Assembly (NCBI GenBank): GCA_035762665.1
Contig: DASTNZ010000040.1
Span: 15,060-79,059, forward strand
Direction: 5' to 3'
Source: Jiangellaceae bacterium
GTDB taxonomy: Bacteria > Actinomycetota > Actinomycetes > Jiangellales > Jiangellaceae
Length of the DNA stretch: 64,000 nt
Under the pieces are notes generated by a model. It worked only from the letters and a program-made list of their open reading frames with translations. It made no database searches and had not been told where the DNA came from. Below are positions 8,762-17,846 of the stretch, piece by piece. The translations under genes were made by a program, and so were the position numbers. Within the stretch, counting starts at the first letter, position 1, and every line of letters begins with the position of its first letter.

Positions 8762-10261
8762 TCAGCTCTGGGTTGGGAAGCCGAGGTCGACGCCGCCATG
8801 CGACGGGTCGAGCCAGCGGGACGTGACAACCTTCCCGCGGGTGAAGAAGTGCACGCCCTCGATCCCGTGCGCGTGGCTGTCGCCGAACAGCGAGTTCTTC
8901 CACCCGCCGAAGGAGTAGTAGGCCATCGGCACCGGGATCGGTACGTTCACGCCGACCATGCCCACCTGCACCTCGTTGACGAACCGCCGGGCGGCGCCGC
9001 CGTCGTTCGTGAAGATGGCCGTCCCGTTGCCGTGGGGGTTGTCGTTGACCAACTCCAGCGCCGCGTCGTAGCTGGGCGCCCGCAATACCGACAGCACAGG
9101 CCCGAAGATCTCGTCGGTGTACACCGACATGGCAGGAGTCACGTGATCGAGCAACGACGGGCCGAGCCAGAATCCGCCTGGTTCGCCGTCGGGCTCTACC
9201 GTGCGGCCGTCCACGACCAGCGACGCGCCATCGGTCGTACCGGCGTCCAGGTAGGAGGCGACCCGGTCGCGGTGGGCGCCGGTGACAAGTGGGCCCATGT
9301 CACACCCTCGGCGGCCGTCTCCTGTCCGGATCTTGCCAATTCGCGCGGTGATCGCGTCCACAAGTGCGTCGCCGATCGGATCGATGGCGACGACGGCAGA
9401 GATGGCCATGCAGCGCTCGCCAGCCGAACCGAAACCGGCCGACACCGCGGCGTCTGCGGCCAGGTCGAGGTCGGCATCCGGCAACACGATCATGTGGTTC
9501 TTCGCCCCGCCTAGGGCCTGAACCCGCTTGCCGGTGGACGTCCCCGTCTCGTAGACGTATCGAGCGACGGGGGTCGAGCCGACGAAGGACACCGAGGCGA
9601 TATCCGGGTGGGTCAGCAGTGCGTCCACGGCCTCCTTGTCGCCGTGCACGACGTTGAAGACGCCCGGCGGCAAGCCGGCTTCCGCCCACAGGTGGGCCAT
9701 GAACAATGCTGCGGACGGGTCCTTCTCAGACGGCTTGAGCACGACCGCATTGCCGCAGGCGATCGCGATTGGGAAGAACCACATCGGCACCATAACCGGG
9801 AAGTTGAAGGGCGAGATGATCGCCGCGATACCGACCGGCTGGCGAATCGAGTAGGAATCCACCCGGGTCGAAACGTTCTCGGAGTACCCGCCCTTGAGCA
9901 GGTGGGGAATGCCGCAGGCGAACTCCACGACTTCGAGGCCCCGCTGGACTTCGCCGGCGGCGTCGGAGAGCACCTTGCCGTGCTCCGCTGTGATGATCTC
10001 CGCGAGTTCATACTTATGGGCCGCGACCAGTTCGCGGAAGCGGAACAGCACGGACGCGCGAGCGGATAGCGACGTGGACCGCCACGACTCGAATGCGCGG
10101 CCGGCGGCCGTCACGGCCTCGTCCACGACCTCCTTGGTAGCGAAGTCGACGTGGGCTCGGACCGCGCCGAGGGCAGGGTTGAACACCTCGCCAGTGCGCT
10201 CGGCCGTCCCACCGTGCTGCTTGCCGTTGATCCAGTGCGTCACCCGTGCCGGTTCTGTCAT
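8762..10261 (-). CDS. mmsA: CoA-acylating methylmalonate-/malonate-semialdehyde dehydrogenase
   Basis: 499 aa. THWINGK N-terminus, FPIAIACGNAVVLKPSEKDP, catalytic-Cys region SAGERCMAIS, C-terminal SRW. Start trimmed to the ATG at 10261. Confidence 0.85.
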   Translation of the reverse strand: MTEPARVTHWINGKQHGGTAERTGEVFNPALGAVRAHVDFATKEVVDEAVTAAGRAFESWRSTSLSARASVLFRFRELVAAHKYELAEIITAEHGKVLSDAAGEVQRGLEVVEFACGIPHLLKGGYSENVSTRVDSYSIRQPVGIAAIISPFNFPVMVPMWFFPIAIACGNAVVLKPSEKDPSAALFMAHLWAEAGLPPGVFNVVHGDKEAVDALLTHPDIASVSFVGSTPVARYVYETGTSTGKRVQALGGAKNHMIVLPDADLDLAADAAVSAGFGSAGERCMAISAVVAIDPIGDALVDAITARIGKIRTGDGRRGCDMGPLVTGAHRDRVASYLDAGTTDGASLVVDGRTVEPDGEPGGFWLGPSLLDHVTPAMSVYTDEIFGPVLSVLRAPSYDAALELVNDNPHGNGTAIFTNDGGAARRFVNEVQVGMVGVNVPIPVPMAYYSFGGWKNSLFGDSHAHGIEGVHFFTRGKVVTSRWLDPSHGGVDLGFPTQS

Positions 10262-10365
10262 GAATCGAGTGTGCGGCCCGTGGTATGAGGAGGGCAAACT
10301 GGCCAACCGTAAGGGCGACGTCGCGCGCGTCTTTACACTCTGTCGACCCAGTGCCCGCCGCGAAA

Positions 10366-10442
10366 CGATCACGTGACCTGTACCCGATCTGACCTAGGCC
10401 CACGAAGGGAGTTAACACCTGATCGTCGATTCGTGACCTACC
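10366..10442. promoter_or_regulatory. Three TGACCT-containing repeats in the mmsA / M20-deacylase divergent intergenic region (candidate operator)
   Basis: GATCACGTGACCTGTACC (10366-10384), GATCTGACCT (10386-10395) and GATTCGTGACCTACC (10428-10442). TGACCT occurs three times within 66 bp. Confidence 0.2.
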
Positions 10443-10510
10443 ACCGAATCGCTTGCCGCCGCCATCCGTACCGCCGTGAATCCGACAACCACTGAGGAGG
10501 ACGAACTGCC

Positions 10511-11710
10511 GTGACGCCATTCACTGTCGACGAGACCGGCCTGATCGAATTCACCCGCGACCTGATCCGAACTCGCAGTGTGCACGAGCCGGAACTCGGC
10601 CGGGCGGAGGAGGAGGCGGCGGCACTGGTCGCGGCCAAGATGCGCGAGTTCGGCTGGCTACCCGAGATCACGGAGGTCGCTCCCGGACGGCCCAACGTGG
10701 TCGCGGTAGTGGACGGCGGTGGCGGGCGTGGGCGGACCCTCGCGTTCGAAGGCCACACCGATGTCGTGACCGAAGGGGACCTGGACAGTTGGACCGTCGA
10801 CCCGTACGCCGCGGAGATGCGGAACGGGCGCATCTACGGGCGCGGTGCCGCCGACATGAAGTCGGGTCTGGCCGCGATGATCTACGCGGTCCGGGCACTC
10901 CAGCAGGCCGGCCCGTTCCCGGGCCGGGTGAAGGTGTGCGTGCTGGTGGACGAGGAGGGCCTGATGCTGGGTGCCAAGCACTTCTCGGCGTCGGATGCGG
11001 CGCAAGATGTCGACGGGGCGATCATCTGTGAACCGGAGGAGGGCGAGATCTGTGTCGCCGCCAAGGGCGCGATCCGTCTGCGCATCGACCTAGCAGGGAA
11101 GATGGCCCATGGCGCCATGCCGCAGCATGCGCGCAACCCGATCGCGACTGCTAGTGCCTTGGTCCTCGCCCTGGCCGAATACGAGCGGCAGGCGCAGGCC
11201 GAGGTCGGTAGCCACGAGCACCTGGGTTTGCCGTACCTGACGCCGACTGTGCTCGCCGCCGGGTCGGCCGATCAGATCAACGTGATCCCAGCGGCGGCGC
11301 GCGTGTTCATCGACGTCCGCACGACGCCCGCAAGCGACCACGACGCGCTGATCGCCGACGTGACAAAGCTGGCCGAAGCCGCCGGTGCGGTCGATGGCGT
11401 CTCTGCGGCGGTCTCCGTGGTGGACAACCGTCCGTCGGTCGAGGTGCCCATCACCGACCCTGTCGTGGCAGCACTAGCCGCCGCGCACGAGGCGGTCACG
11501 GGAGAGCCGGCCCGGTACGGCGGAGTCCCGGGAGCCACGGACGGCACCATCTTGACCCGGGACGCAGGAATACCGACCGTGGTCTACGGCCCCGGAGGGA
11601 AGTGGATTGCCCACCAGGCCGACGAGTTCGTCGAGGTGGCCGACATCATCCGCTGCGCTCAGGTCTACGCATACGCGGCGGACATCTACTTGCGGCCGAG
11701 CTCGGCATGA
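10511..11710 (+). CDS. M20 family metallopeptidase, ArgE/DapE-type deacylase
   Basis: GHTDVVTEG...W..DP and GRGAADMKSGLAAM metal/catalytic motifs. 399 aa. GTG start after GAGGAGGA. Confidence 0.8.
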   Translation: MTPFTVDETGLIEFTRDLIRTRSVHEPELGRAEEEAAALVAAKMREFGWLPEITEVAPGRPNVVAVVDGGGGRGRTLAFEGHTDVVTEGDLDSWTVDPYAAEMRNGRIYGRGAADMKSGLAAMIYAVRALQQAGPFPGRVKVCVLVDEEGLMLGAKHFSASDAAQDVDGAIICEPEEGEICVAAKGAIRLRIDLAGKMAHGAMPQHARNPIATASALVLALAEYERQAQAEVGSHEHLGLPYLTPTVLAAGSADQINVIPAAARVFIDVRTTPASDHDALIADVTKLAEAAGAVDGVSAAVSVVDNRPSVEVPITDPVVAALAAAHEAVTGEPARYGGVPGATDGTILTRDAGIPTVVYGPGGKWIAHQADEFVEVADIIRCAQVYAYAADIYLRPSSA

Positions 11711-11746
11711 CCCGAGCCTGGGATGAGCAAACACCAAGGGAGCAGC

Positions 11747-12517
11747 ATGGACTACGCGGATCTGTTTCGTCTCGACGGCCGGCGTGCCGTCGTAGTTGGC
11801 GGCGGCAGTGGCATCGGCCGGGAGGCGGCGCGGGCACTGGCCGCACACGGTGCCGAGGTTGTCGCGGCCGATCTGAACGAGGCTGCCGCCAAAGAGACCG
11901 TGGAACCCCTCGGCACCGGAGGGATGGCCTACCGCCTGGACGTGCTCGACCAGGCGGCGATCGCTCGGGCTGCCGCCGACCTGGCGCCGGTCGACGTGCT
12001 GGTGTTCACCCCGGCGGTGAACGTCCGCAAGCGGCTGCTCGACTATTCCCGCGACGAGTTCGACAGAGTCGTCTCGCTCAACCTACGCGCCGCGTTCGAC
12101 CTGGTCAGGGCCTTCGCCGGGCCGATGGCCGATCGTCGCTCGGGATCGATCATCGGGTTTGCGTCCATCCGGGCGGTCACCGTCGAGCCCGGCCAGGGCG
12201 TGTACGCCGCGACCAAGGCGGGCTTGGTGCAGCTCATGCGCACGGCCGCAGCTGAATTTGGCCCGTCCGGGGTGCGGGTCAATGTGGTCGCACCCGGGGT
12301 GGTCGACACGCGGCTGACGGCGCCCATCAAAGCCAATCAGGAGTGGTACGACGCGTACGCCGCCAAGAGTGCGCTCGGCCGGTGGGCCCAACCGCAGGAG
12401 ATGGCCGGCGCGGTGCTGTATCTCGCGTCGGACGCCGCGAGCTTTGTCACCGGAACCGTCCTGATGGTCGACGGTGGATGGACGGCGATCGACGGACGTT
12501 TCGAACCGCCTCATTGA
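11747..12517 (+). CDS. SDR family oxidoreductase (classical short-chain dehydrogenase)
   Basis: VVVGGGSGIGREAARALAAHGAEV cofactor motif and YAATKAG catalytic motif. Start at ATG 11747 after AAGGGAG. Confidence 0.8.
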   Translation: MDYADLFRLDGRRAVVVGGGSGIGREAARALAAHGAEVVAADLNEAAAKETVEPLGTGGMAYRLDVLDQAAIARAAADLAPVDVLVFTPAVNVRKRLLDYSRDEFDRVVSLNLRAAFDLVRAFAGPMADRRSGSIIGFASIRAVTVEPGQGVYAATKAGLVQLMRTAAAEFGPSGVRVNVVAPGVVDTRLTAPIKANQEWYDAYAAKSALGRWAQPQEMAGAVLYLASDAASFVTGTVLMVDGGWTAIDGRFEPPH

Positions 12518-12540
12518 CCGTCAGCAGACCAGGAGGTTCC

Positions 12541-13386
12541 ATGAGGGCGGCTGCCAGCATTGCCATTTCGGCCCTGATTGACGCACCTGCACAGCCGGGC
12601 AAGTTGATCGGTTCGTTCCCGGTAGCGATCTATGTACAGACGGCTGGCGGCGTGGTGGCGCTGGTCGCGCCAGGCGGGGTGCGGCTGCCCAACGCCGTGG
12701 CGCTGGCTCGCGCCGATCATGCAACAGCTGGGCGACACGCCGGCAACAGCCAACTCTGGGTTGGGGACGGCGGGGTACAAGTCGGGTCACTCCGTGTGAC
12801 GGTGGGACGCTGGTGGGACCCTGTGCCGAGGCTGGGCCGACTCGACTCGAGTCCGCTCGCCGGCCGGCTGGACGTTGTGCGCGCGGCACTACCGGCGTGG
12901 CCCGAACCCGGTGACGCTGCGGCCGGTCGGTTACGGACCGGGCACCATGCCTTGGCATCGGCGCTCACCGGGGGCGGTGACCTGGCCGCGGCGGTCAGGG
13001 GTTTAGTCGGTCTTGGTGCGGGACTGACGCCGGCCGGGGACGACCTGCTGGCCGGTGCCATGGCTGGTCTCGTCGTGTTCGGGACGGCTCTCGAACGGTC
13101 GGACGCGAGTGCTCTGGCCAGAGATCTGTACCGGGTGGCAGTCGAGCACGCCGCTGCCACCACCGCGCTGGCCGCCGACCTGGTGCAGCACGCTGCCCGC
13201 GGGGCACTTGTCCAGCCGGCCGCCGATCTGTGCCGAGCAATCGCTGACCGCCGGCCGAACGCCGACAGTGGCCTGATGCCGGCGCTCGAGCGGTTACTGC
13301 GGCTGGGCCACACGTCGGGGCGCGACCTGGCCGAGGGCCTGTTGCTTGGTGCCTCGGCCGCACTCTCCTTCCACCCAGCCCCTTGA
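12541..13386 (+). CDS. DUF2877 / AllH (YlbF)-like oxamate carbamoyltransferase subunit family protein
   Basis: 281 aa, Ala/Leu-rich, C-terminal GHTSGRDL. Assignment rests mainly on my recollection of DUF2877 proteins and on pairing with the FdrA and DUF1116 genes next door. ATG 12541 follows AGGAGG. The track ORF start at 12343 overlaps the SDR gene. Confidence 0.5.
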   Translation: MRAAASIAISALIDAPAQPGKLIGSFPVAIYVQTAGGVVALVAPGGVRLPNAVALARADHATAGRHAGNSQLWVGDGGVQVGSLRVTVGRWWDPVPRLGRLDSSPLAGRLDVVRAALPAWPEPGDAAAGRLRTGHHALASALTGGGDLAAAVRGLVGLGAGLTPAGDDLLAGAMAGLVVFGTALERSDASALARDLYRVAVEHAAATTALAADLVQHAARGALVQPAADLCRAIADRRPNADSGLMPALERLLRLGHTSGRDLAEGLLLGASAALSFHPAP

Positions 13387-13434
13387 TCTTGAGACAATCC
13401 ACAACGTGTGACATGGTGGATTGTCTCAAGATCA
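13384..13434. repeat. Palindromic element family A, copy 1
   Basis: TGATCTTGAGACAATCCAC-(13 nt)-GTGGATTGTCTCAAGATCA, perfect 19-bp arms. The left arm contains the TGA stop of the DUF2877 gene and the right arm the TCA (stop) of the convergent DUF1116 gene. Confidence 0.9.
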
Positions 13435-14865
13435 TTGGGCAGCGGTGGCGATCGGAGGCGAAGTGAGCGGCGGTGCCGAGTCAGCCAGCGCGGCCAGCGC
13501 AGCCATGAAGCACTCCATTGGCGGCTTCACCAGCCCTGCCCCAACCTGCCCAGTGCCGGCCACCTTGCCCGCCATGCCGGTGTTGATCTGCGGACGGATC
13601 CCGGTCCGGATCACCAGCGACACATCGATTCCCGTGGGCGCGCCGCGGAACTCCAGGATAGGGAACGCGTATGCAGGGTTCTCGCCCAGCGTGATCTCGT
13701 ACATCAGCTGTGTCGTCCGCAGCGCGTCGGGAACGCTGCCTCCGACGAAGCGGACGATCGCCGGTGCCGACGCCATGGCGAACCCGCCGAGTCCCATCGT
13801 CTCCATGATCGCCGAGTCGCCGATGTCCGGGTTGGCGTCGTCGGGCCCGTAATCGCCTAGGTACAGCCCTTCCGGAACGGCCGCTGGGCCGGTGAACCAC
13901 CGATCGCCGGTGCCGGACACTTGGATCCCGAAGTCAGTCCCGTTGCGGGCCATCGTCGTTACCACCGTGCTGCCGTCGATTCCCGCGGCGGCTACCGTCT
14001 GCAGCTTCGCCGAAGGCATCGCCAGGTTGAGGAAGAAATGGTCGTTGGTGGATACGAACCGAACTGCCTCGGCTACGTCCGAGCTCGGCGCACCACTGTC
14101 GATCAGATCGGGCAGCAGCTCACGCAGCATCATCAAGGTTCCGGCCCGGTTGCGGTTATGACCCTCGTCCCCCATCTGCACCATCTGGGCAAGGATCGCC
14201 TTGATGTCGATCCGGCCACGGCGGCGCACCGCCGTCCGCAGCATCGGGCCAAGCACGCCAGTCATCCAGCGGAGCCGCTCGATGACATCGGGGGAGTAGG
14301 CGCCATATCGGAGCACCTTGCCCAGCCCTTCGTTCAGCGAGCACCAGGCCGTGCCGTCGTTGACCTCGTCCCGCAGCTCGAACAGCCACATCGACGGCGA
14401 CACGATGCCGGCCATCGGTCCGACCGCGCCATGGTGGTGGCACGGCTCCAGGGTGATCCCCGCGCCGTCGGCGAGCCGTGCCTCGGCCTCGTGGGGTGAG
14501 TTCGCCAGGCCTTCGTGCAGCATGGCCGCGATAAGACCGCCCCGCATCGGTCCGGAGGCACGATCCCACGTCAGTGGCGGGCCGGCGTGCAGAAAGTGGC
14601 CAAGCTCAAGTCCGAGGGCTTCCCGGGCCGGCCGGACGTCGACCAGTTCGGCGGTGGATGTGAGCATCCGGTCGATCGCCGCGCTGTTGGCTTCGGCGCG
14701 ACGGGAATCGGCCGCCACCCGCGTCAAGTGCTCTTCGGCGCCGGGCGGCGGCGGGCGCCAGTCGACAGACGTCGTCGATACGGCCTGCGCAGCCAACGCC
14801 TTCGCGAACAGATCAACGCCCGTGGTCACCACGCTGGGCTCGCTCCGCAGCAGTTCGCTGGTCAT
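13432..14865 (-). CDS. DUF1116 / AllG (YlbE)-like protein
   Basis: 477 aa, immediately downstream of and overlapping (ATGA) the FdrA gene. The FdrA-DUF1116 pairing is the conserved arrangement of the E. coli fdrA-ylbE genes. Domain call is from size, context and general sequence character. Confidence 0.55.
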   Translation of the reverse strand: MTSELLRSEPSVVTTGVDLFAKALAAQAVSTTSVDWRPPPPGAEEHLTRVAADSRRAEANSAAIDRMLTSTAELVDVRPAREALGLELGHFLHAGPPLTWDRASGPMRGGLIAAMLHEGLANSPHEAEARLADGAGITLEPCHHHGAVGPMAGIVSPSMWLFELRDEVNDGTAWCSLNEGLGKVLRYGAYSPDVIERLRWMTGVLGPMLRTAVRRRGRIDIKAILAQMVQMGDEGHNRNRAGTLMMLRELLPDLIDSGAPSSDVAEAVRFVSTNDHFFLNLAMPSAKLQTVAAAGIDGSTVVTTMARNGTDFGIQVSGTGDRWFTGPAAVPEGLYLGDYGPDDANPDIGDSAIMETMGLGGFAMASAPAIVRFVGGSVPDALRTTQLMYEITLGENPAYAFPILEFRGAPTGIDVSLVIRTGIRPQINTGMAGKVAGTGQVGAGLVKPPMECFMAALAALADSAPPLTSPPIATAAQ

Positions 14866-16349
14866 TGCACATCCTCGGCAAGCTCTACGGCTTTGCGAGA
14901 GGCATGGGCATTGGACAGGTGCACCGACGCCCCCGCGTCACGCAGCGCCAGTGCCTGCCGTTCCAGCCCTTGCGGGTCTCCCGCGGTGCCGATCAGCGAA
15001 ATCACCACGGCTAACTCCCGGCCGTCACCGGCGGCTCGCGCGTGCGCGCCCCGTATCGCTGGGGCCAGTTCGGCGGCTGGATCAGGATGCGCACCATGTC
15101 CAAGAACGACGTCCAGGAGCAGCACGCCACACGCCGGGTCTGTCGCCTCGGCCCGGATTCGTTCGGTTCGCAGCGACCAGTCGATCATTGGATGCGGACG
15201 CCCCGCGGTGAGCCGGTCGTCCCCAAAGTCGATCATCACATGTTTGTCCCCGCGCAGGTCGGAGCCTAGAGCAAGCTCGGGTTCCAGCGGGACGTTCGAC
15301 CGGATCGGACCCACGCTCGGGCTGGCGATAAGCATGGACTCTTCGCAGAGCGTGCCGCCGGAGAACAGGCCCCGGATGTAGGGATACCGGCCGGTCCGCT
15401 CCTTCGGCGCCGGCCACCACTGTGGCTCGGTCCAGGGCCGGCCGGCCGCGGCGACGGCGGCTTCCGCGGTTGTGGTGAGATCAGCGTCGCCCTGGCCGAG
15501 CAGGTGCACGAGCACCGGTTTACCGATGGCGCCGGCACGGGCGGCGACCGCGTCCGCCACAGCCGGCGCCGGCGGCTTGCCGATTACGACGATCACCTCG
15601 GTCGCCTCGTCGGCGGTGAGGAGGTCCATCGCCGCGAGCGTAGTACGCCCACCTACCGCCGCGGACATGTCGCGGCTGCCTACCCCGAGGCAATGGCTGA
15701 TCCCGACACCGGCCCCGTCCAGCAGGCTCATCAACTGTTGGGCGCCGGTGCCGGAGGCGGCCACGATTCCCACCGGGCCTGGGCGGACCACGTTCGCGAA
15801 CCCCAGCCCGACCCCGTCGACCACCGCGGTGCCACAGTCCGGGCCCATTACGAGCAGCCCCCGCCGCACCGCCTCTATCTTGAGCCGGACCTCCTGCTCG
15901 ACGGGCACGTTGTCGGAAAACACCATGACGGACCGCCGGGCGTCCAGGGCGTCCATCGCTTCCATGAACGCGTATTGACCGGGCGTGGATACCAGAGCGA
16001 TGTCCCCATCGAACTGCCGCAGCGCCGATGCCGTTGTGCGCGGAGCCGGGGCGTCGCCGAAGCCGCCAGCTTCAGTTGCCACCCGCGTGGTAAGTGCCGT
16101 TTCGACATGTGCCAGGGCAGCGGAGAGCGCACCGTCGTCGGCAGCCTCGATGGCGATCAGCAAGTCGGTCGGCGACGGACCGGTCGGCAGTGTGAACCCC
16201 ATGCTGGCGAGCAGGTCTAGGTTCAGGTCGGTGGCCATCGCGACGAGTGCGGAGAGCACCCCATCGACCGCCGCCGCATCGCGGCTGACCTGCATCAGGG
16301 CGACCGAGTCGAGATACACACCGCTACGGACGTCCAGGTGCCTGGGCAT
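14862..16349 (-). CDS. fdrA: FdrA / AllF-like acyl-CoA synthetase (succinyl-CoA synthetase alpha-like) family protein
   Basis: 495 aa. Central segment VMGPDCGTAVVDGVGLGFANVVRPGPVGIVAASGTGAQ resembles the CoA-ligase/SCS-alpha fold of FdrA. Confidence 0.7.
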   Translation of the reverse strand: MPRHLDVRSGVYLDSVALMQVSRDAAAVDGVLSALVAMATDLNLDLLASMGFTLPTGPSPTDLLIAIEAADDGALSAALAHVETALTTRVATEAGGFGDAPAPRTTASALRQFDGDIALVSTPGQYAFMEAMDALDARRSVMVFSDNVPVEQEVRLKIEAVRRGLLVMGPDCGTAVVDGVGLGFANVVRPGPVGIVAASGTGAQQLMSLLDGAGVGISHCLGVGSRDMSAAVGGRTTLAAMDLLTADEATEVIVVIGKPPAPAVADAVAARAGAIGKPVLVHLLGQGDADLTTTAEAAVAAAGRPWTEPQWWPAPKERTGRYPYIRGLFSGGTLCEESMLIASPSVGPIRSNVPLEPELALGSDLRGDKHVMIDFGDDRLTAGRPHPMIDWSLRTERIRAEATDPACGVLLLDVVLGHGAHPDPAAELAPAIRGAHARAAGDGRELAVVISLIGTAGDPQGLERQALALRDAGASVHLSNAHASRKAVELAEDVQ

Positions 16350-16418
16350 AGGGAGACTCTACGGTGGTCACGGCGCGGCCCTTTGCCAGCGGCGGCCCGG
16401 CGGGCAGGATAATGACGC

Positions 16419-17294
16419 ATGAAACCGCCCCCGTTCGTCTACCACCGACCGAGTGATGTCGATGAGGCGCTCGGCACGCTGGCCGAGTTCGGTTCAGACG
16501 GCAAGATTCTCGCCGGCGGGCAGAGCCTGGTTCCATTGATGTCAATGCGGCTGGCCGCGCCGGCTCATCTGATCGACATCAACGGGTTGTCCGAACTTGG
16601 CGATATCCGGGTGGGCCACGACGGCGTTGAGGTTGGCGCAACGGTCCGGCATGCCCAGCTGGAGCTGGACGCGGCCGCGTTCACCGCTCAGCCGCTGCTC
16701 CGTCAGGCGTTGCAGTACGTCGCGCACCCGACCATCCGCAATCGGGGGACGAGCGTCGGCAGCCTGGCCCACGCGGACCCGGCCGGGGAGCTGACCGCCG
16801 TCCTCGCGCTCCTCGGCGGCAAAGTGACATTGCGCAACACGGCGGCTGTGCGCACCGTAGCTGCCGCTGACTTCTTCCTTGGACCGCTGGAGTCGGCCGT
16901 CCGCCCGGACGAACTCGCCACCAGCGCGTTCTTCCCGGAGCTGCCACCGAGGACCGGCTCGGCCTGGACGGAAGTCTCCCGGCGGAACGGCGACTACGCC
17001 ATCTGCGGAGTCGGCGCGATCGTCACCCTGGACGATGACCGGCGGATCGCCAGTGCCAGGGTCGGATTGATCTCCGTGGCGCCGACGCCCGTTGTCGTTG
17101 ATGTCGGCGAGTCGTTGACAGGCCGGCCAGCGGACGCAGTCAGCTTCGATGCTGCCGCGCGACAGGTCGAGGACACGGTCGACCCGGAGCCGGATATCCA
17201 CGCCACCGCGGAGTACCGTCGCCACCTTGCCGGCGTACTAACCCAGAGGGCGTTGGGCAACGCCACCGACCGGGCCATGGAGGCAACGACGTGA
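16419..17294 (+). CDS. Mo-hydroxylase FAD-binding (medium, CoxM-like) subunit
   Basis: 291 aa. ILAGGQSLVPLMSMRLA and RNRGTSVGSLAHADPA are typical of FAD_binding_5/CO_deh_flav_C subunits. Confidence 0.85.
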   Translation: MKPPPFVYHRPSDVDEALGTLAEFGSDGKILAGGQSLVPLMSMRLAAPAHLIDINGLSELGDIRVGHDGVEVGATVRHAQLELDAAAFTAQPLLRQALQYVAHPTIRNRGTSVGSLAHADPAGELTAVLALLGGKVTLRNTAAVRTVAAADFFLGPLESAVRPDELATSAFFPELPPRTGSAWTEVSRRNGDYAICGVGAIVTLDDDRRIASARVGLISVAPTPVVVDVGESLTGRPADAVSFDAAARQVEDTVDPEPDIHATAEYRRHLAGVLTQRALGNATDRAMEATT

Positions 17295-17785
17295 CAGAAC
17301 TGCACACCGTGGAGCTGACCGTCAACCGCGTCCTGCGCGCCGCGGACGTCCCAGCCCGCCGGTTGCTGTCCGACTTCCTCCGTCACGATCTCGGCCTGAC
17401 CGGGACGCACGTGGGCTGTGAGCACGGGGTGTGCGGCGCCTGCACGGTGCTTGTCAACGGAGCCCCGATGCGCTCGTGTCTGCTGTTCGCGGTGAGCGTC
17501 AACGGCGCGTCCGTCACGACCATCGAGGGCTGCGCCGGACCCGGTGGCGAACTGGGTTCGGTCCAGCAAGCGTTCCTGGACTGCCACGGGTTGCAGTGCG
17601 GGTTCTGCACTCCCGGCTTCGTCACCACGATCACCGCTTACCTGGAGCAAAACCCCGACCCGACCGAGGAAGAAGCGCGGCACGCCATTGCCGGCAACCT
17701 CTGCCGGTGCACCGGTTACCAGAACATCGTGGCGTCGGTGCTGCGGGCCGCCGAGCTCAAGCGAGAGGCGGAGGTGAAAGCGTGA
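17291..17785 (+). CDS. Mo-hydroxylase (2Fe-2S)-binding small (CoxS-like) subunit
   Basis: CEHGVCGACTV and CGFCTPGF plus CRCTGY cluster motifs. Start overlaps the preceding stop (GTGA). Confidence 0.9.
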   Translation: MTELHTVELTVNRVLRAADVPARRLLSDFLRHDLGLTGTHVGCEHGVCGACTVLVNGAPMRSCLLFAVSVNGASVTTIEGCAGPGGELGSVQQAFLDCHGLQCGFCTPGFVTTITAYLEQNPDPTEEEARHAIAGNLCRCTGYQNIVASVLRAAELKREAEVKA

Positions 17786-17846
17786 AGCAACCCCACGAAA
17801 TCGCTCGCTTCGCAGGCTGCGCTCCCCTCTTCGCAGGGGCCACAGC

